DNA of 64,000 nucleotides from Chrysomallon squamiferum (lineage: Eukaryota > Animalia > Mollusca): positions 14,136,001-14,200,000 of the forward strand of contig CM022678.1 of NCBI GenBank assembly GCA_012295275.1, in the 5' to 3' direction. Within the stretch, counting starts at the first letter, position 1. The number at the start of each line of letters is the position of its first letter. Shown here in pieces: positions 13,786 through 28,756 of this stretch. Both the position numbers and the translations under genes were made by a program. Under the pieces are notes generated by a model that had not been told where the DNA came from, did no database searches, and saw nothing but the letters and a program-made list of their open reading frames with translations.

Positions 13786-14628
13786 CCGTAATTCTGCACA
13801 TTTACAAACAGCAAGCAATAAACCAGGTCACGGGAACAACGCTACCACAAAAAGAACACATACACTCTAGACACACACACACACACACACAAAAGAAAAT
13901 CAACAAAACTTTCACTCACACACTCACATACAAACACACACCTAAATATATTTTTACTGCTAATTCTATTTCTATTAAATACAATCATTTATTTACTTTT
14001 TTGTTTCTTTGTTTCTTTTATTGTTTATTCTCAGCTCTTGTTTAAACATAATTATATTAAAACTCGTACATATAAATGAAGATGGTAAATTAATAGTTTA
14101 TTTTCATGATTATTTTTTGACTAAAGAGATGTGTTTACATCTTCTTAATGGGAACGACGCACACGCACACATACACACACACACACGTTATCTATAGAGA
14201 GACATCACAAATGGAGAAAGAGAGACCTTGAAAATATTCCTAGTAAAATGAAATTTATTTTCGGGTAGATTCAGAATGTGTTTGTATTGTTTATAGCTAC
14301 ACCGTGGATCAATGGGTTTTCCGTTATGATTCACTGACCTTAGCCTTGTCTTCGAGACCACTCAGGCGTGGCTGAGTCAGTCTCAAAGTAAAATAGTATA
14401 TTTTAAAAGCGGATATAAATTGTAGGGACGTCACGTATGTAAAACAGAAAAATTAGAAAATATTTAAATGGAAATGAATATAAAATATTTTAATCATAAA
14501 GTTGATATATATGGGTGTTGTGTGTGTGTGGACACAGAGAGAGATGTTTGTACAATAGTATTTGTTTTGCTAATCTTACACCCTTGTTCACATTAAATAA
14601 TGTCAGTACATACTAACTTGTACAAAAC

Positions 14629-14663
<35 letters not shown>

Positions 14664-15159
14664 TTCATTTATTTTATTTTTTATATTTTATTTTATTAAA
14701 ATTAAAACTAATTATTTTAGTTAATTTACAAAAATAAAAAATACCAAAATATGTGTAAACCTGCTTATTAAAGTAAATAGCTTCTGCAAAATGAAATAGT
14801 TCAGCAAAACGAGAACAGAAGAAAAATATTTAAAATAATTCAGAGTAATATTAAAATAAATATAAAATTTATGTATAGTTTATATTAATTAATACAGACA
14901 ATTAACATATGAAATATAACTAGTATGTATGAATGTATGTGTATATCTTTGTTGTTGTTGTCGTCTTGTTTTGCTAATAATGATATTCATGATCTTGTTT
15001 TCTGACATTAGACAGTTGTATGTCAGTAAATATATTAAACTGGAGGGCTTCGCCGTATCTCTTCTTCTCTTCTAATATTTTCAGTGTACACTTGTCACTA
15101 TGAAATATAACGGATCTGCTAAGTATTTTAAATATAATATAATCGAAGATAATAGCCGC

Positions 15160-15281
15160 TGCTTTGTAACAGTCGGGTAACGATCTTTTTAACAGTCGTG
15201 TATCGATCTCTGTAACACTCGTTTCATGAGCTCTGTAACTGACGTGTAACGATCTCTGTAACAGTAGTATAACGAGCTCTG
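15160..15281. repeat. Degenerate ~23-bp tandem repeat, ~5 copies
   Basis: Approximate unit tctctgtaacagtcgtgtaacga. Confidence 0.85.
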
Positions 15282-16058
15282 AGGGGTTCAGTTGGGACAG
15301 TGACCCAAAACGTTCGGGAATCACTGCGTCTGACAGTTATAAATGTGTGATTCAAATTATGAATCCATATATATATATATATATATGCTTGTTTATCTGT
15401 TTTTAAAATATTATTCAAAATAACTTACAAAAACCTAATTTAAAAAAAATAATAAAAAATTGTCACTTTATTAACATAAAACTAGTTTTAAAAAATTAAA
15501 TCAAAAAAGAAATTAATTATGTAAGGCATTTATTTTATTTCAAAATTTCATGTACTTTTAAATAACCTGAAAAACGTTATATTTTTTTTTAATCTGAAAA
15601 AATCTTGACATCCAAAAATTTCATGTTTAGAATTAATTAACCATTTCATGTTTAGCAAAATACGCATTTAAATGCACGAATAGATAATTATATAGCCATT
15701 CCTTCTACGAAAATAGATTGTTTTTTAAATAAGCTTTATTATTTATTATAATACCAAGGCAAATTTCTTCTTCTTCTTCCTCTTATTGCTTCTTCTTTTT
15801 TTTTTCCTTCCTCGTCTTTTTTGCCCCTTTATTTTCATCCGGTCAACCCATAGAGAATTCCAGTTCAGTTCTTCAGTATAATAAAAGATATGGCCAAACA
15901 AACGTTTTGAATAAAATTAAATATTTCATAATATACATGTAAAATAATACTTGCAAATTTTCAAAAGAGAATAAATAATGGGACAGGACAATCTTAAATT
16001 GTCAATATTTACTTATTTACTTCTGACTCGCCAAAATTTTAATTTTGACATTTGTCTG

Positions 16059-16106
<48 letters not shown>

Positions 16107-16453
16107 GTTTTGTATTTTTTATATTTGTTCTGTGTGTCACATTTCTTCTTCTTTGTCTATTGTTGTTACACTTGTCTTTTTTATTTCTTTATCTATATCA
16201 TTGTTCCCCTTTTATTAACAGCGTGTGATAAAATGAAATATCTGTCACTGGGCTACTTTTCGAAATGCATCCGATTCAAAATGGCAATCCCTCATATGAC
16301 ACGCATCGACACACGTTAACTTTTTCAGAATGTTGTAACGTCTGTTTAAAGGAGGAAAATCGTAGGAAAACAAAAGACAATGTCTGCTCCCACGTAGTGG
16401 GCGTAATTGACCTTTTACGTTATTTGAACTCAGAACTGTTGTAGTTCACTATA

Positions 16454-19400
16454 ATGCCGACAGCAACAGTAACATTAAGGTAATGACATACCTGTTTAAA
16501 TAACACTTACTGACTTAGGTACCATGGCCATAACGTAAGCAGTCTGATGATCATGTTGTTAAGTTTATGGTTATTGTCTATATTTCGTGTCATACTCATA
16601 GCATTTTCAATTTTAATTTTGGATTTGAGTTGCCAATTGCCTCAGCACTTATTTACTTATTATCTTATTCAAGATATTGTTATACGTTTTAATTTTACTT
16701 TCACTTTCAGTGTAACATCTGTTATACTACTCAAAGTTTTATTAAACATAGATATTGTGAAAAATAAATGTGTCACGTGTGTGTTTATATATATATATAT
16801 ATATATATATACATACACAAACATACACATAGACACACAGACACACACACAAACACCTATACATTTAAATACTTTTCAATATATATATAGCCATTTTAAA
16901 TAATTGGTAATTTTGCAGTTAGTTTACCACTTATTGTTTTATTCACAATGTAGTAAAAATGTTGGGTTTTGGGGGTGTTTTATGCTGCTTAATCAGATAA
17001 TACCATACGTCCAGTCATTAAGCCTATGCTTTTTGTTAGTATTTTTACCCTTATTTTTGAGGTTGATTTAACGGCCAATGCTATTTCAGTGTAAAAACCA
17101 TCACACATCAGGAGAAGAAATTTAGTGATGGTAGCAGCTGTCGGATGTCGTTATAATCAAAGTATGTCAACGACATTGTCATTTAAACTCTTGCAATAAA
17201 ACAAGTAAAACAAGATGATAATAATAATACCAAACATTTCACTTTAAATAATTATATTTCAGTAATTTTATCATCATTCCACAATGCTCTCTGAAAAAAC
17301 CAGGAGGCAAGACTGTCACAGAATTCCACAATGCAATGCTTTTAAATACTTTTCACTGGTTCCATGACAACACTTCCTGGTTAACATGAGTGATGATGTT
17401 TCTTTACTGTTTTCTGCATTCAAAACATTTGATATACCCTGAAAATACTGCAGGGAACAGTTAAGATTTTTATGTCAGCTTCAGTAAATCTTGATATTTT
17501 AGGCCTGAAAAATAACCTTGGCTTAATGGCCAGGACCTGTGGTAATAATAATAATAATAATAATAAAAATAATAATAATAAAGGAAATCATTGATAGGGG
17601 AAATATTTTCCAAACTAGTGACCTAATGCAAGACTCCTTTGATTACTTCATTGTTCCTACCCATAATGAGCAAATTTACAAAATTTCAGCAATATCTAAA
17701 ATGTTCTTTTATGTTAACTTATAAAAGTAAATTTATATTTACTTTGTCTAGAGAGCTCAAAAATAAATCTACTGGAATTGATCTCAGTGTTCCAACATAC
17801 AAAGAAGCTCCAGGAATTCTTGGTTCCAGTGTTGAATACCATGTGGTGGTTGTGTCAATATTGCCATTCTTCAAGTCTGCCAAACATAAGCAGTCTGATG
17901 TTGTTCAGTTTATGGTTATTGTCTATATTTCATGTCACAGCATATTTTTAGATTTGTTAATTGTCATTGTAACTTGTGACTTAATAAAACCATGCAAAGC
18001 ATTGTTCAGATTAGTACTGCTATTTCTTGTATTTCTTAAAAGCTGTAATTGTGCATTGATCCAACTAAGTTACAATCTTTCATATTCTGTAACAATATTA
18101 TGAGGGTTATGTTATTATTATTATTATTACATATTCTAACAAGTTTTGTTATTGTTTCACGTCATTAATCAAAAACGTAATTAAACATTAAAACAGAATA
18201 TATAAACTACAGACAATTATTTCAAAATAATAATTCCATACAGAGAGAGATTTCTGTTGACAGATTTCCAAGAAGTTTAGTGACTTTGAAGAGTTGCATG
18301 AGAAACTCAGTGAGAAGTTTACTGGGACAGTTCTCCCCCCAGTCCCTAGAAAAGTGTTGAGAGTGAATGATGCCATAGCTCGGGAGAGGAGAAATGGACT
18401 GGATCACTTTTTGAAGATGATTGCAGCCATTCCAAAAATTGGTTCCAGTAGCATAATTCTAGAGTTTTTAGGTAGGAATTTGTGAAATGTGCATGTGGTG
18501 TATGTGTTTGTGCATATGTGTGTGTGCATGCACATGCAGATTATGTGTGTATGTAATTTAAAAAATAATAATAAAATTGTATGTCTTTTGGTAATAAATC
18601 AGTGATGTATTGCAGGAGTGAATCCAATAAAAGCTGGAAAATATTGTGTGTCAGGTGATCTCAGTAAAGACAAGAGTGTTGAAGAAACTAAGTCAGAAAA
18701 TGCTGATAGAACTAGGTAAACATCCCTATTCAGAGTTTAATTTTTCTGTAAACAATCACTTTCTGATAATACTAACAATGGAGAGATTCATAATTATGAC
18801 CACAAGATTATGTTTACTTTGTCATAGAAATATTTCTGGAGAGAATCATTAAATTAAACATTCAGTGATTTTCTTTTCTCTTCTTTTTCTATGTTTTTCT
18901 TGACTTGTCATTTATTTTCTTGTAACAATTTCAGTCCTGATGTGAATGTTTTCGATGAAGAAGATAAAAATGAAGTAAACTCTGAAGGACTGTTTGTAGA
19001 AAGTGAAGATAACCCAACATCAGATCTATTTTCTGGACAGTCTAGTAATTCATACATTTCAGGTAAAGAGAATATTGATATAGAAAAGAGAAATAGTCAT
19101 AAAACATGTTCCGTAAGTTCATATTACCATTTTCACACTTGGTTACATTATATTAATTACTTTTTTAATGTTATCAGGTAAGAGTATATTGTGTGTGTGC
19201 TTGGATAGATAAATTTTAAATTTTACTTTACCACATTTATTAAACTTATTAATATTTAAAACAGCAAACTAATCATATTTAAATAGCAGTACATACATAA
19301 AATTAATTAACTACTGAAGTATGAAACACTGAATATCCATTTCCCTTTTTGGTCTTTTGTTACAAAGTATTCATACAAATATAAAGCTAAAACTAGGATT

Positions 19401-20387
19401 GATGACAAACAGGTTTCCTATTTGCTTTCTGCTCTTTTTTAATCTATCATTTTTCAAATTTTAAATAAAAAATTTTTAAATTATTATTTATCTATAATTT
19501 AATTATGTTTTGTGTTTATATAGAAACGCCATACTTGTTTGAAGATCAGGATTATGGAGGTGGAATAACAGAGGAAGAAGAGACTAATTTGTTTTTACCT
19601 GACTCCATTATCACAACAAAATTTACTGGGCAAACAGATGATGACACAGATACTGAAGAGCTGTTCAAGTATGAAATATTCAAATATATTTGACATAATC
19701 TCTCTCTTTGTATGTATGTGTGTATAAATATGTATTTATAGATAGGTAGACAGGTAGGTAGGTATGAATAATACATACATCACCTTTTATTATTTTGGTG
19801 CTTTCAGTTACATAGAATGCTCAAAACCTGGTTTATCAAAAGCCATACTTTCATTCCTTGCACATCACATCCAAACAGTTCATGACAGTTAACGTTTCTC
19901 TCTTTGACTGTGTTAGCTTTCACACAGCTTCTACAATTTTTTCTGTTATTTTATTTCTAGGATAGAAGATAACTTAGATAACATAATGAGGATCAGCTCT
20001 AAGAAGTCTGCAGACTGTAAAATGTCTCCCACAGCCAATCAGAATGCATCTTCCAGTGTCCCAACCAATCAGGATGATTCTTCTTATTTTACAGCTAGTG
20101 CAAGTGAAGCTTCACATAAATCAAAATTTCTGGTAAAACCAAAACCAACTCCAAGATCAAGACCACCAGTAAGTGATAAGCCAAAACCACCAGTCAGCAA
20201 TAAACCAAAACCACCTGTAAGTGATAAATCTAAACCATCCATTTTCCAGAAACCTCCAGTTATAGAAACCACTGAAAAAGAAAAAGTTTCAAATGAAACC
20301 ACTGATAGTTTGAACCCAGATGACATTGTGAAATATATTCAGTCTAACAGTGAAAACAATAACACTGATTTGGATTTGTTCTCATAG
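16454..20387 (+). CDS. HS1BP3: HCLS1-binding protein 3 (PX-domain protein), 7 coding exons, ~398 aa
   Basis: Exons 16454-16479, 17752-17914, 18264-18471, 18616-18715, 18935-19062, 19524-19668, 19961-20387 (1197 nt, in phase). TGIDLSVP, FKSAKHKQSDVVQFMISKKFS, LPPVPRKVL, ILEFLG and the C-terminal DIVKYIQ...DLF match the HS1BP3 sequence as I recall it. Confidence 0.93.
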
Positions 20388-23300
20388 TCAGAATCAGTCG
20401 TTTTCATGAATATAATAAATTGACATTTGTTTACCAGTTGATCTTAATCATAAATGGGTTAGAGTTTACTGTTGTTTTTTGTTTGTTGTTGTTATTTTTT
20501 GCATCCTATAATTAATCACTTTTCTTAAAATTATCATAAACTATCTTGTTCTGGTTTTATACAGATCATGTCAGCTAAATCAGTTTGAAGTTTTATTAAT
20601 AATTATCAGTATTAATGATGAGTAAATAGTCAGGACTGTATTTAACATTATTTCTGTATGACCCATTAATGACATGACACAAAAGCTATATTTTGAAAAT
20701 TATTTTTAAATGGAAATCTTAAGCTTAATGGGTTGACTTCTTTTATTTTTTTCTAAATTTAACAGCTGGAAGACCATTTTGTTGTTGTTAAAGACAGTTT
20801 TAAAACTGCACTCTGTATTGATAAAAAAAAATATGTCAAACAATTTGTTGGAGTAATAAGAAAAAACTGCTAAGCATGCATTAATTGATAAACTGTTATA
20901 AACATTGAAAAATGAATTATACTTTTGTTGATGATATAGAAGAAAAATATCATGGCATCGTGGTCCAGTTAGGGTCTTTTAACCTGAAAAATTGCAAATT
21001 CCAAACTCTGTTGATGTTATGAGAGTTTAATTACATTAGGTAATAAAATATAACATACCTAGCAAATGTGAAGTAAGTTATTATTGTATTAGAGATTGTC
21101 TTTATTTCTTTTATTTTTCTAATAAAAATAAAATCTTTAAGTACTGAACATTATTTCTAACAACAATTTTTCCAAAACAACCAATATAAAATGCGTAACA
21201 TAAATTTAGTGGATCCAGTGGCTAAGCTAGTTTTGATGCTACCATTTTAAAACAATTTGGGATGTATATTTGCTGCATATTTAAATGTGGGTCTTTCAAT
21301 CAAAATATTTTATGATGTATAAATTACGGCAAAATAATGAATGTAAAACTGGCATTGTGAAATGTTAGTCAGTTCTGCACATTCTCATATAAATTTGTTG
21401 CAAATATTCTAGATTGCAAAGCTTTCATTAAATATTTGATAACTGACAATACTTAGTTTTCACAATTCATAATTTTATTTTTAAACTGATAAACAGAAAT
21501 TATTTGGATAAAAGTAAAATTACATTTTTAATTTTGTTTTTCTTATATGCTGTTTTTGTAATTATAAAATAATTAAACACTAAAATATTTATTTTGTTTT
21601 TTTCACAAACTGTAACAAAGACAAATACAGTCACTAAAATTGCATAGATATATATTCATATAATTATTTTTAATTTTATTATGTGAAATTATGTGTTAAC
21701 AGCAGTTAGGAAGCTTACACAAACATGCTTTAGTATAAGTAACTACTTTGTGTGTAAACTCTCGCTGAATGAATTAGATGTCAGCAAAACATTTTGAAGT
21801 AAAGTAATGCTGTGTTCTTTTGTGAAAACATTCCAAATCAATCGCTTCTGAGATTTCCCCTGTAAATGATTCTTTAAGATTCCTATTATCGATTTCCACT
21901 GTTGATAGCATCTAAATAATATATTTTTTTCTATATTAAGTAATTTCTGTAAAAAGATATGGAAAGTCAATCGATAAACTTATTAACTGCGTTAAAAACA
22001 TGTTGATCATGGTTGACTATTTTCTGTTGGTGTAATTTTAAGATCATCCCAGATAAACCTTTTTTATTTTTAAAAACATAATCCCATATAATTTGGGTGA
22101 TGTTAATATCTGGCCCTTGAACTAATACAGTTCAGCAGTGTAAACTATTTTGATCACATGATAGCAACAAGGTCATGCTCATTCAGTGACAGATTATGTA
22201 ACAAAACCTACAAATGAACACACATGCTTAGAATAATTATTTCCATTTTGTGGCAGCTGATCTAGATAAAATAAAATAATAGCTTTAAATGTTAATGAAA
22301 TTGCTCATACACAGTTTGACTGTTTTAATGAAGAATGATACTGGGGGATTTGACTGCTGACAGTAAAATAGACGGTGACAAAGACAACTATTTAAAATGT
22401 AGAGAAAACTTCCAGACTAAGATCTTAAAGATGGAACTGACCAAAGTAAAAAAAAATAACAGGGGTAGGTAGGAAACATGGCTGAATGCGTCAATCTTTC
22501 TGATCACCTGTACCATGTAACTTTTGTAAATGAGGCCACGGAAAAAATAAATAAGTAAAAATATTTATATTACAATTATTTAAAATGATAGTTTGTTTTT
22601 TGTTAGTTTGTTAATTATTGTGAAAGGAATATTATTTTATATGTTAATACAGTATTAAGAAAAAAACTGATTGACTAGACTAAGTTTAAGCCAGCTGTGT
22701 TTATATAAACCAAAGAATAATGGCTGTGCAGATTCATAATAATAAAACAGTTAACTGATCTAACTACCATTAGAAATAATGGATCTCCTATCGTTACATA
22801 ATAATAAAAAACCAGAAATGCTACTCACTCAAATTGTACTAATAACTTATTTTGTAAATTTTTAAATATATAGTGAATAATTCATATTACTCAGTAGAAT
22901 TAAATACAAAACAAACTTTTAAAAAATTATTTATTACAGAATTCCATTTTATTGTGTTATGCACAAATAGAATAAGCAGTAACAACAAACCTTTGCTATC
23001 TATATCTTCACTATTCTACAACTTACTGATTCCAGATTTTTTCCAATATAGCATTCACAGTAACCTTCTGATACAGATCAAAAACAAGCTGTTCACACGC
23101 ACACAGAGACTACATTATAATATAATGTGTGTGTGTTTGTGTTTATATACAGTGTGTATGGTTGTATATCTATATATAGGCCACATGGTTTTTTGATATT
23201 TTCTATACACAACTTGTTGAAATACACAGACAATAACAATGCAAAATGCAAATCTGCATACTGGTGTTAATCAATATTTTAAACACATTTATATCATCTG

Positions 23301-23690
23301 TAATAATATAATATTAAATAGTGCATTTAATAATAAAGATTTGTTCCTATCTTGCAGCTCTTAAACATCTGAATATTACTCTAAATAGCTTTTTTTTATT
23401 TATTTCTTTATTCTTGCTATTAAACATTACAAAGATGCCTAAGACATTAATTTGTATGTATCAGAAATAAATAAAGAAAAACAAACATACAAAAAAATTC
23501 AAATAAAATAAAACAATGAAATGTGATCTTGCACAATGAACCAAAGTTAAGTTTGTAATATGGATTAATGCAAATATCAATATTCCTGGTAAGTTTTGTT
23601 TAAATACCTCTCCCATCTCCACAGCTGGGGTGATTGCAAAGGCATGCCTAGCTGAAATTTGGTAAACGTGAAATAGGCTAAGTGTAAACA

Positions 23691-26600
23691 TTACTCTCTA
23701 TACTTTATAAATAGTACTATAGTTACAATACTACATAAAACAAATCCTAAATATCCAAAGGAGGGAAATCCAAAAATGTTCAGCATGTATCCACCAATAG
23801 TAGGAGACACAGTTCTAACCAGAGAGTTTACAGCCATGTTCAACCCTAACATTGCACCTGTAGAAATAAAACATCTTTAAATTCACACATTTCTGCTATA
23901 TATAAATTAATTTAATAAAATTAAAATGTTGATGTACTATTTCATCATAAAATAAAGTTGCTCTCCTTAAATCCAGAACATTACTTTCCACATGAAACAT
24001 CAATGTTACCACAGTAGAGCACATATTTTAATTTGAAACAGCTAGAGGCTTTTAACTGAACTATTAATTTAATACAATCATACCCAAACATTCTGTAATT
24101 TATTTTAGTTTATATAAATTTATAAAACTAATGACATTATACACCTTATTACCTGTGTCAGCATCTGACACTGTTTTGGTGATTGCAGCACTAAGTACAA
24201 CATTCTTTGCAGTCATTCCCACTATGAGTGGAAGAAACACAGCAATCAACTGCCAGATGTTTGTACAGAAAGCCTGAAAACACAAAAATTATGACTTTAA
24301 TCAAATCTGGTGCCACATATTTTTTTTTTAAAGTATTTTGGTTCTTGTTGAAATCAAACAAATTAAATCATTTAGTATATATGCTAGAGTTCTATGTGTC
24401 ACTTCAACAAAGTCGACTCATGTCTTTAGATATTTTCTGGACCTAGCTCAAACATTGCGGACTGGTGTGTGAAACAGGCTTGCTACATTTTACAGTCTTC
24501 CACATATAAAGATAAAACTTACCATTAAAAGATAAGACCAGATAAGTATGAAAGCTGACCACTTGAGTATTGAACCATCAGTGAACTTCTTAGTAAAAAT
24601 TCCAATGCCAATGCCCTGCACTATCTGAAACACATTTTACATATCTTACAGTTTTTAATCATACTTTAATAATTTTTATTAATAATCATATGTATTTTAT
24701 TTAATATCCAAGTATGTATTTATAATTTTATTCCAAAGATTATTAATTATACCTACCATACTGGTGACTCCAATGTAAGACATAATAAAACCATTCTGAT
24801 CAGGTGGAAGATGAAACATGTCAATTGCTACCACCTGAAACATACTTTGAAATATACCTGCAGGTATTCCTGTTTTAATAAACAAAACAAAAAAAAACAA
24901 TAAATAAATAAATAAATAAATAAATGTATCATGAAAACTTTTTCACCCATTCTTGACTGTAACTGAGATGTATAATATTACTGTTCACATCCATCCAACA
25001 ATAGTCAAGACTGGATCAGCACCTCATAACATTCACAGTAATTATCTGTCTTCATTTTGAAAGTACTAGAACACTAGACAATACCTGTGTATTTTCAGCT
25101 TGTGTTAGTAGTTCACAACAGCAAAATGAAATCAAACATTGATTTTTTTTAAACTGTATGTTAATGAAGTTTATTATAAAATATTATTTATACAGCATAA
25201 ATACATTGTTGACTTTTCAATATGCTCATAAATAAAATCAGCTGGTATTTATGAATGTGGGATAAGTCTGTAATTTATACACAGCTGTGAACACATCTCT
25301 CTCGCTTGCTCTCTCTCTCCATCTGTCTACACAAACAGACAAACCTAACATGCACAATATTAAGAAAGCTATTAATTACATTTCTGACTAGTAGACGGTT
25401 CACTAATAACCATGTGTTAATGTTTTGTTAACCTATATTCAGTTCAGTGGCTTTCAGTACATGCACAGGTTTCTTTAAATTGGATTAAATGAGCGGGGCC
25501 AGCAACTCCTTTCAGCTATATGGTTTTTGTCAACTACGATAACAATATCTTTCACATGTACTTTATCACAAACAGAAAACAATATGCTGTTGCATTAGAA
25601 AAGCATTCACATTAGTGACAAAGAAGACAATGGGTTGAGTCAAAGGCAAGTTTAGATTGAGTTGGAAAAACACTGACCTGAACCTATTTTAACTGCAAGG
25701 AGAAAGAGAGCTCCTGGTACCAGCAGCAAGTTTAAAATTTTCTGAATATTGAAAACACTTGTACTGGAAACTAAAATAGTTTTTGCAAAAATTAATACTT
25801 AGTTCTTTAATGTACATAAATGTAATTTATTAAAACAATAACATATATAATCAAATATTTTTAAAATATCTGTTTAATTTAAGATCACTTCCACTATTAT
25901 TTCTTAGAAAAATTAAAATTTAATTAAGCTGTTTTTGGTAAATAATAATTATCATGCAAAACATTATGTAAATGCTAAATTTTGTTTTGGCAAACATTAA
26001 ACATTTACTGTAATGTAAAGATTAAACTAATATAAGGTATTTTTAAAGCCACTAAACATTTACTGTCACGTAAACATTAAACTAATGTAAGGTATTTATA
26101 TAATAACACTAAATATTTACTGTAAGATATTTATATAAACACTAAACATTTACTGTGATGTAAACATTAAACTAATGTAAGGTATTTATATAAACACTAA
26201 ACATTTACTGTGATGTAAACATTAAACTAATGTAAGGTGTTTATATAAACACTAAACTCATGTTAGCTGCTTTGGTAAACAATGAACATTATATTTACTT
26301 ATGCACTATTTATTTGAGAAACAATACCTTCATCAGTAACCTTAACTTCTGTTTTTTTTGTGTGTTTTGGAACAAAAAGTAAAACTAGAACAACACTTAG
26401 CAATGATCCAGCACTTGCCAGGAATGCAGTGAATTCTTCACTGTTGTAAATAAATAAATAGAATTATGTTAGAAATCTAGTATTTTAAATAAAAAATAAA
26501 GTTTATATTTTCAGATATTCAAAAAACAAATAAAATGTAAAAAACAAAAAAATTGTAATTCTCTTTGCAGTTTCTTAAATTATACATGGAAATTTCGGAA

Positions 26601-27861
26601 ATTTAATATGAAATAGATTATTATAAAAGCTTTAAAGTCAAAATGAAACCTGTAATTCTTGGTAACAAGTCCACCTAAAAGAGGACCTATCACCATGCCA
26701 ACACCATACGACATTCCAAGTTTTCCTAAAGCATCAGCTCTCTCGTGTGATTCTCCTAGGTCAGTAACAATCATCTGACCTCCTGTAAAACAGCACAAAT
26801 AAATATATATTCTAATCTTAATACAAAATACTAAGTGTCTCTAAAAAGTTAATTGTAAAATTACAAAGCATATTTCAAAACCTACAACATTTTAAATGGT
26901 CCAAAGAGAATTAATAATCATTTACCCTGACACATTCGTCATTTATTAGTGACAAAGACAAAACAAAATACATGTACCCTGCATTGCATGCATCAACAAG
27001 GAAGGCAGTCTTGATAAGAAGAGGAGTGGAATGTTATATGACAATCCAAGTAGGAAATAGCTTGAAGCTGAGGCAACAAAGGCTAAAGTCATTGCTGCTC
27101 GACCTCCAAAGAGATCACCAAACCTGCCATATAGTGGACCTCCTACCAGCTGGACAATAGCAAACACAGTCTGAAGATAACCAAACACTACTGGATCCAC
27201 ACCCAGTTTCTTTGACAAATACTGAAATAAAAAAGTAAATAATTTAAAAATCTGTAGATTAAAAAAGTATTAAAATAATTTAAAGTATGTAGGTCAAAGA
27301 AATTGAGCATAATTATATGCATTCCAGGAACAGCCTATACTTTTTAATCAATTTTTGTGAATGTATAATTGTACATATACATGTTGTGTGTATGTGCATC
27401 ATTTGTATAAAAAGACCAAATTTCCAACTGTCAACATGGTATTTCACAAGTGCTGTCCAATCTGCCATTAAAGACAACCGATATTGGTATGCATATGTGT
27501 GTAGTTTTATTAATTTATTAATATGTAGAAACATACATACTTAAGAATACATACCAACAAAACCCAATAAATTTAATATACACAGAGAATGCAAAGAGAC
27601 ATGATTTACTTTCACAAATATATTTAAATTACATACAGGCAACGTTCCCATCTGAATCCAGAAACATGTTGCGTACAGAAATATGTTGATATGTACCACA
27701 AGAATCACTTTATGAAATCTGAAACCAAATATTTCAACAGTACTGTTTCCATTTTCTGTGGAGGTAGTTGTGTCTCCTGTTTTCATAGTAATCTCATCAG
27801 AATTATTGAGAATATCGTTTGATTCATTGCTTGTTTCCGATTTAACACTTCGTTTTTGCAT
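23691..27861 (-). CDS. SLC22A18: SLC22A18-like MFS transporter, 9 coding exons, ~436 aa
   Basis: Exons 27861-27637, 27221-26978, 26782-26650, 26440-26328, 25770-25678, 24869-24757, 24624-24523, 24273-24153, 23857-23691 (1311 nt, in phase). Motifs PYLSKKLGVDPVVFGYLQTVF, GGPLYGRFGDLFGGR (MFS motif A) and RADALGKLGMSYGVGMVIGP. Confidence 0.9.
25990..26260. repeat. ~57-bp minisatellite, ~4-5 copies, in SLC22A18 intron 4
   Basis: Approximate unit cactaaacatttactgtgatgtaaacattaaactaatgtaaggtatttatataaa; one copy is truncated. Confidence 0.9.
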
Positions 27862-28756
27862 ATCTTATTTATACCAAATATGCACGCAGTCATTTGTTTT
27901 ATTTCTTCTTCTTCTTTTTTTTATTAAAGGGAAAATACTCTGCCTGGCATTGACATTTATCACATATGTATTAATTTGTAAAAAAAAAAAAAAATACTAA
28001 TAATAATATAAATAAGAAAGATTTATTTTAATTTATGTTTAATAATTGAAAAACTGATAATATAATTCGTTCGTTGTTTTGTACCGCTGTTTATTTAGAA
28101 TGTGTACAATTTTGCAAAGTGATTAAATACATTCTTTTGTTCTCTCATAGCTAGTTTCGATTTTTCCACAGAACACGCCCGTAAATATAGGCATTGAAAG
28201 CTCGGTTATGAGATATTTTGTTTCTTAATAGAATAAAAATAATAATAATAATAATAAAACTTTCTAGAATACATTATAATTATTCATATATATTAATTAG
28301 TTATAATTCGAATTCATGTACGCATTAATGAATATTCTAAAAAAATAATTTTCTAAATTAAATATACAAATATTATTGCAATTTTATAAAACATAAAAAT
28401 ATCAATAATAAAATCATGTAAACTGGGTTATTTTTAACGTTAATGTTCTGCATTCAGATTCCATTTTCACCGTAAACATTTTTGATGAACTGAAACATGA
28501 ACGTGTTGATTTTTTTGTAAATTAATTATTAAATAAATGAATCATGATTAATTTTGTTTGTTTTTCTAGTGTTATTATTATTTTTTTTTTCCTCTGCAGG
28601 ACCCACTAACAGAGTACAGGTTCTTTTTATGTTTAACTGAGAGGTAGACTGTTACCTCGGTTTAAAGCGGTAGCTTAGTGATGTTTCGGTTTATTCGGAA
28701 GTACCAGACAGGGAAGATTTCTATTTTTGCAATATCATGTGACATCAGTGGACGTG
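27862..28756. promoter_or_regulatory. Probable bidirectional promoter / 5' UTR region between SLC22A18 (-) and RAB32 (+)
   Basis: The two ATGs diverge ~0.9 kb apart; there is an ETS-like CGGAAGT near 28696 and locally more CpG. Confidence 0.5.

Noticed and set aside
17390-17442. C/D-box snoRNA (GTGATGA...CTGA) in HS1BP3 intron 1
   Set aside because: Only ~53 nt, no terminal stem, and no recognisable rRNA guide.
21743-21912. Exon-like minus-strand segment downstream of SLC22A18
   Set aside because: It has an acceptor and open frames but no homology I can recognise, and SLC22A18 already has a complete last exon.
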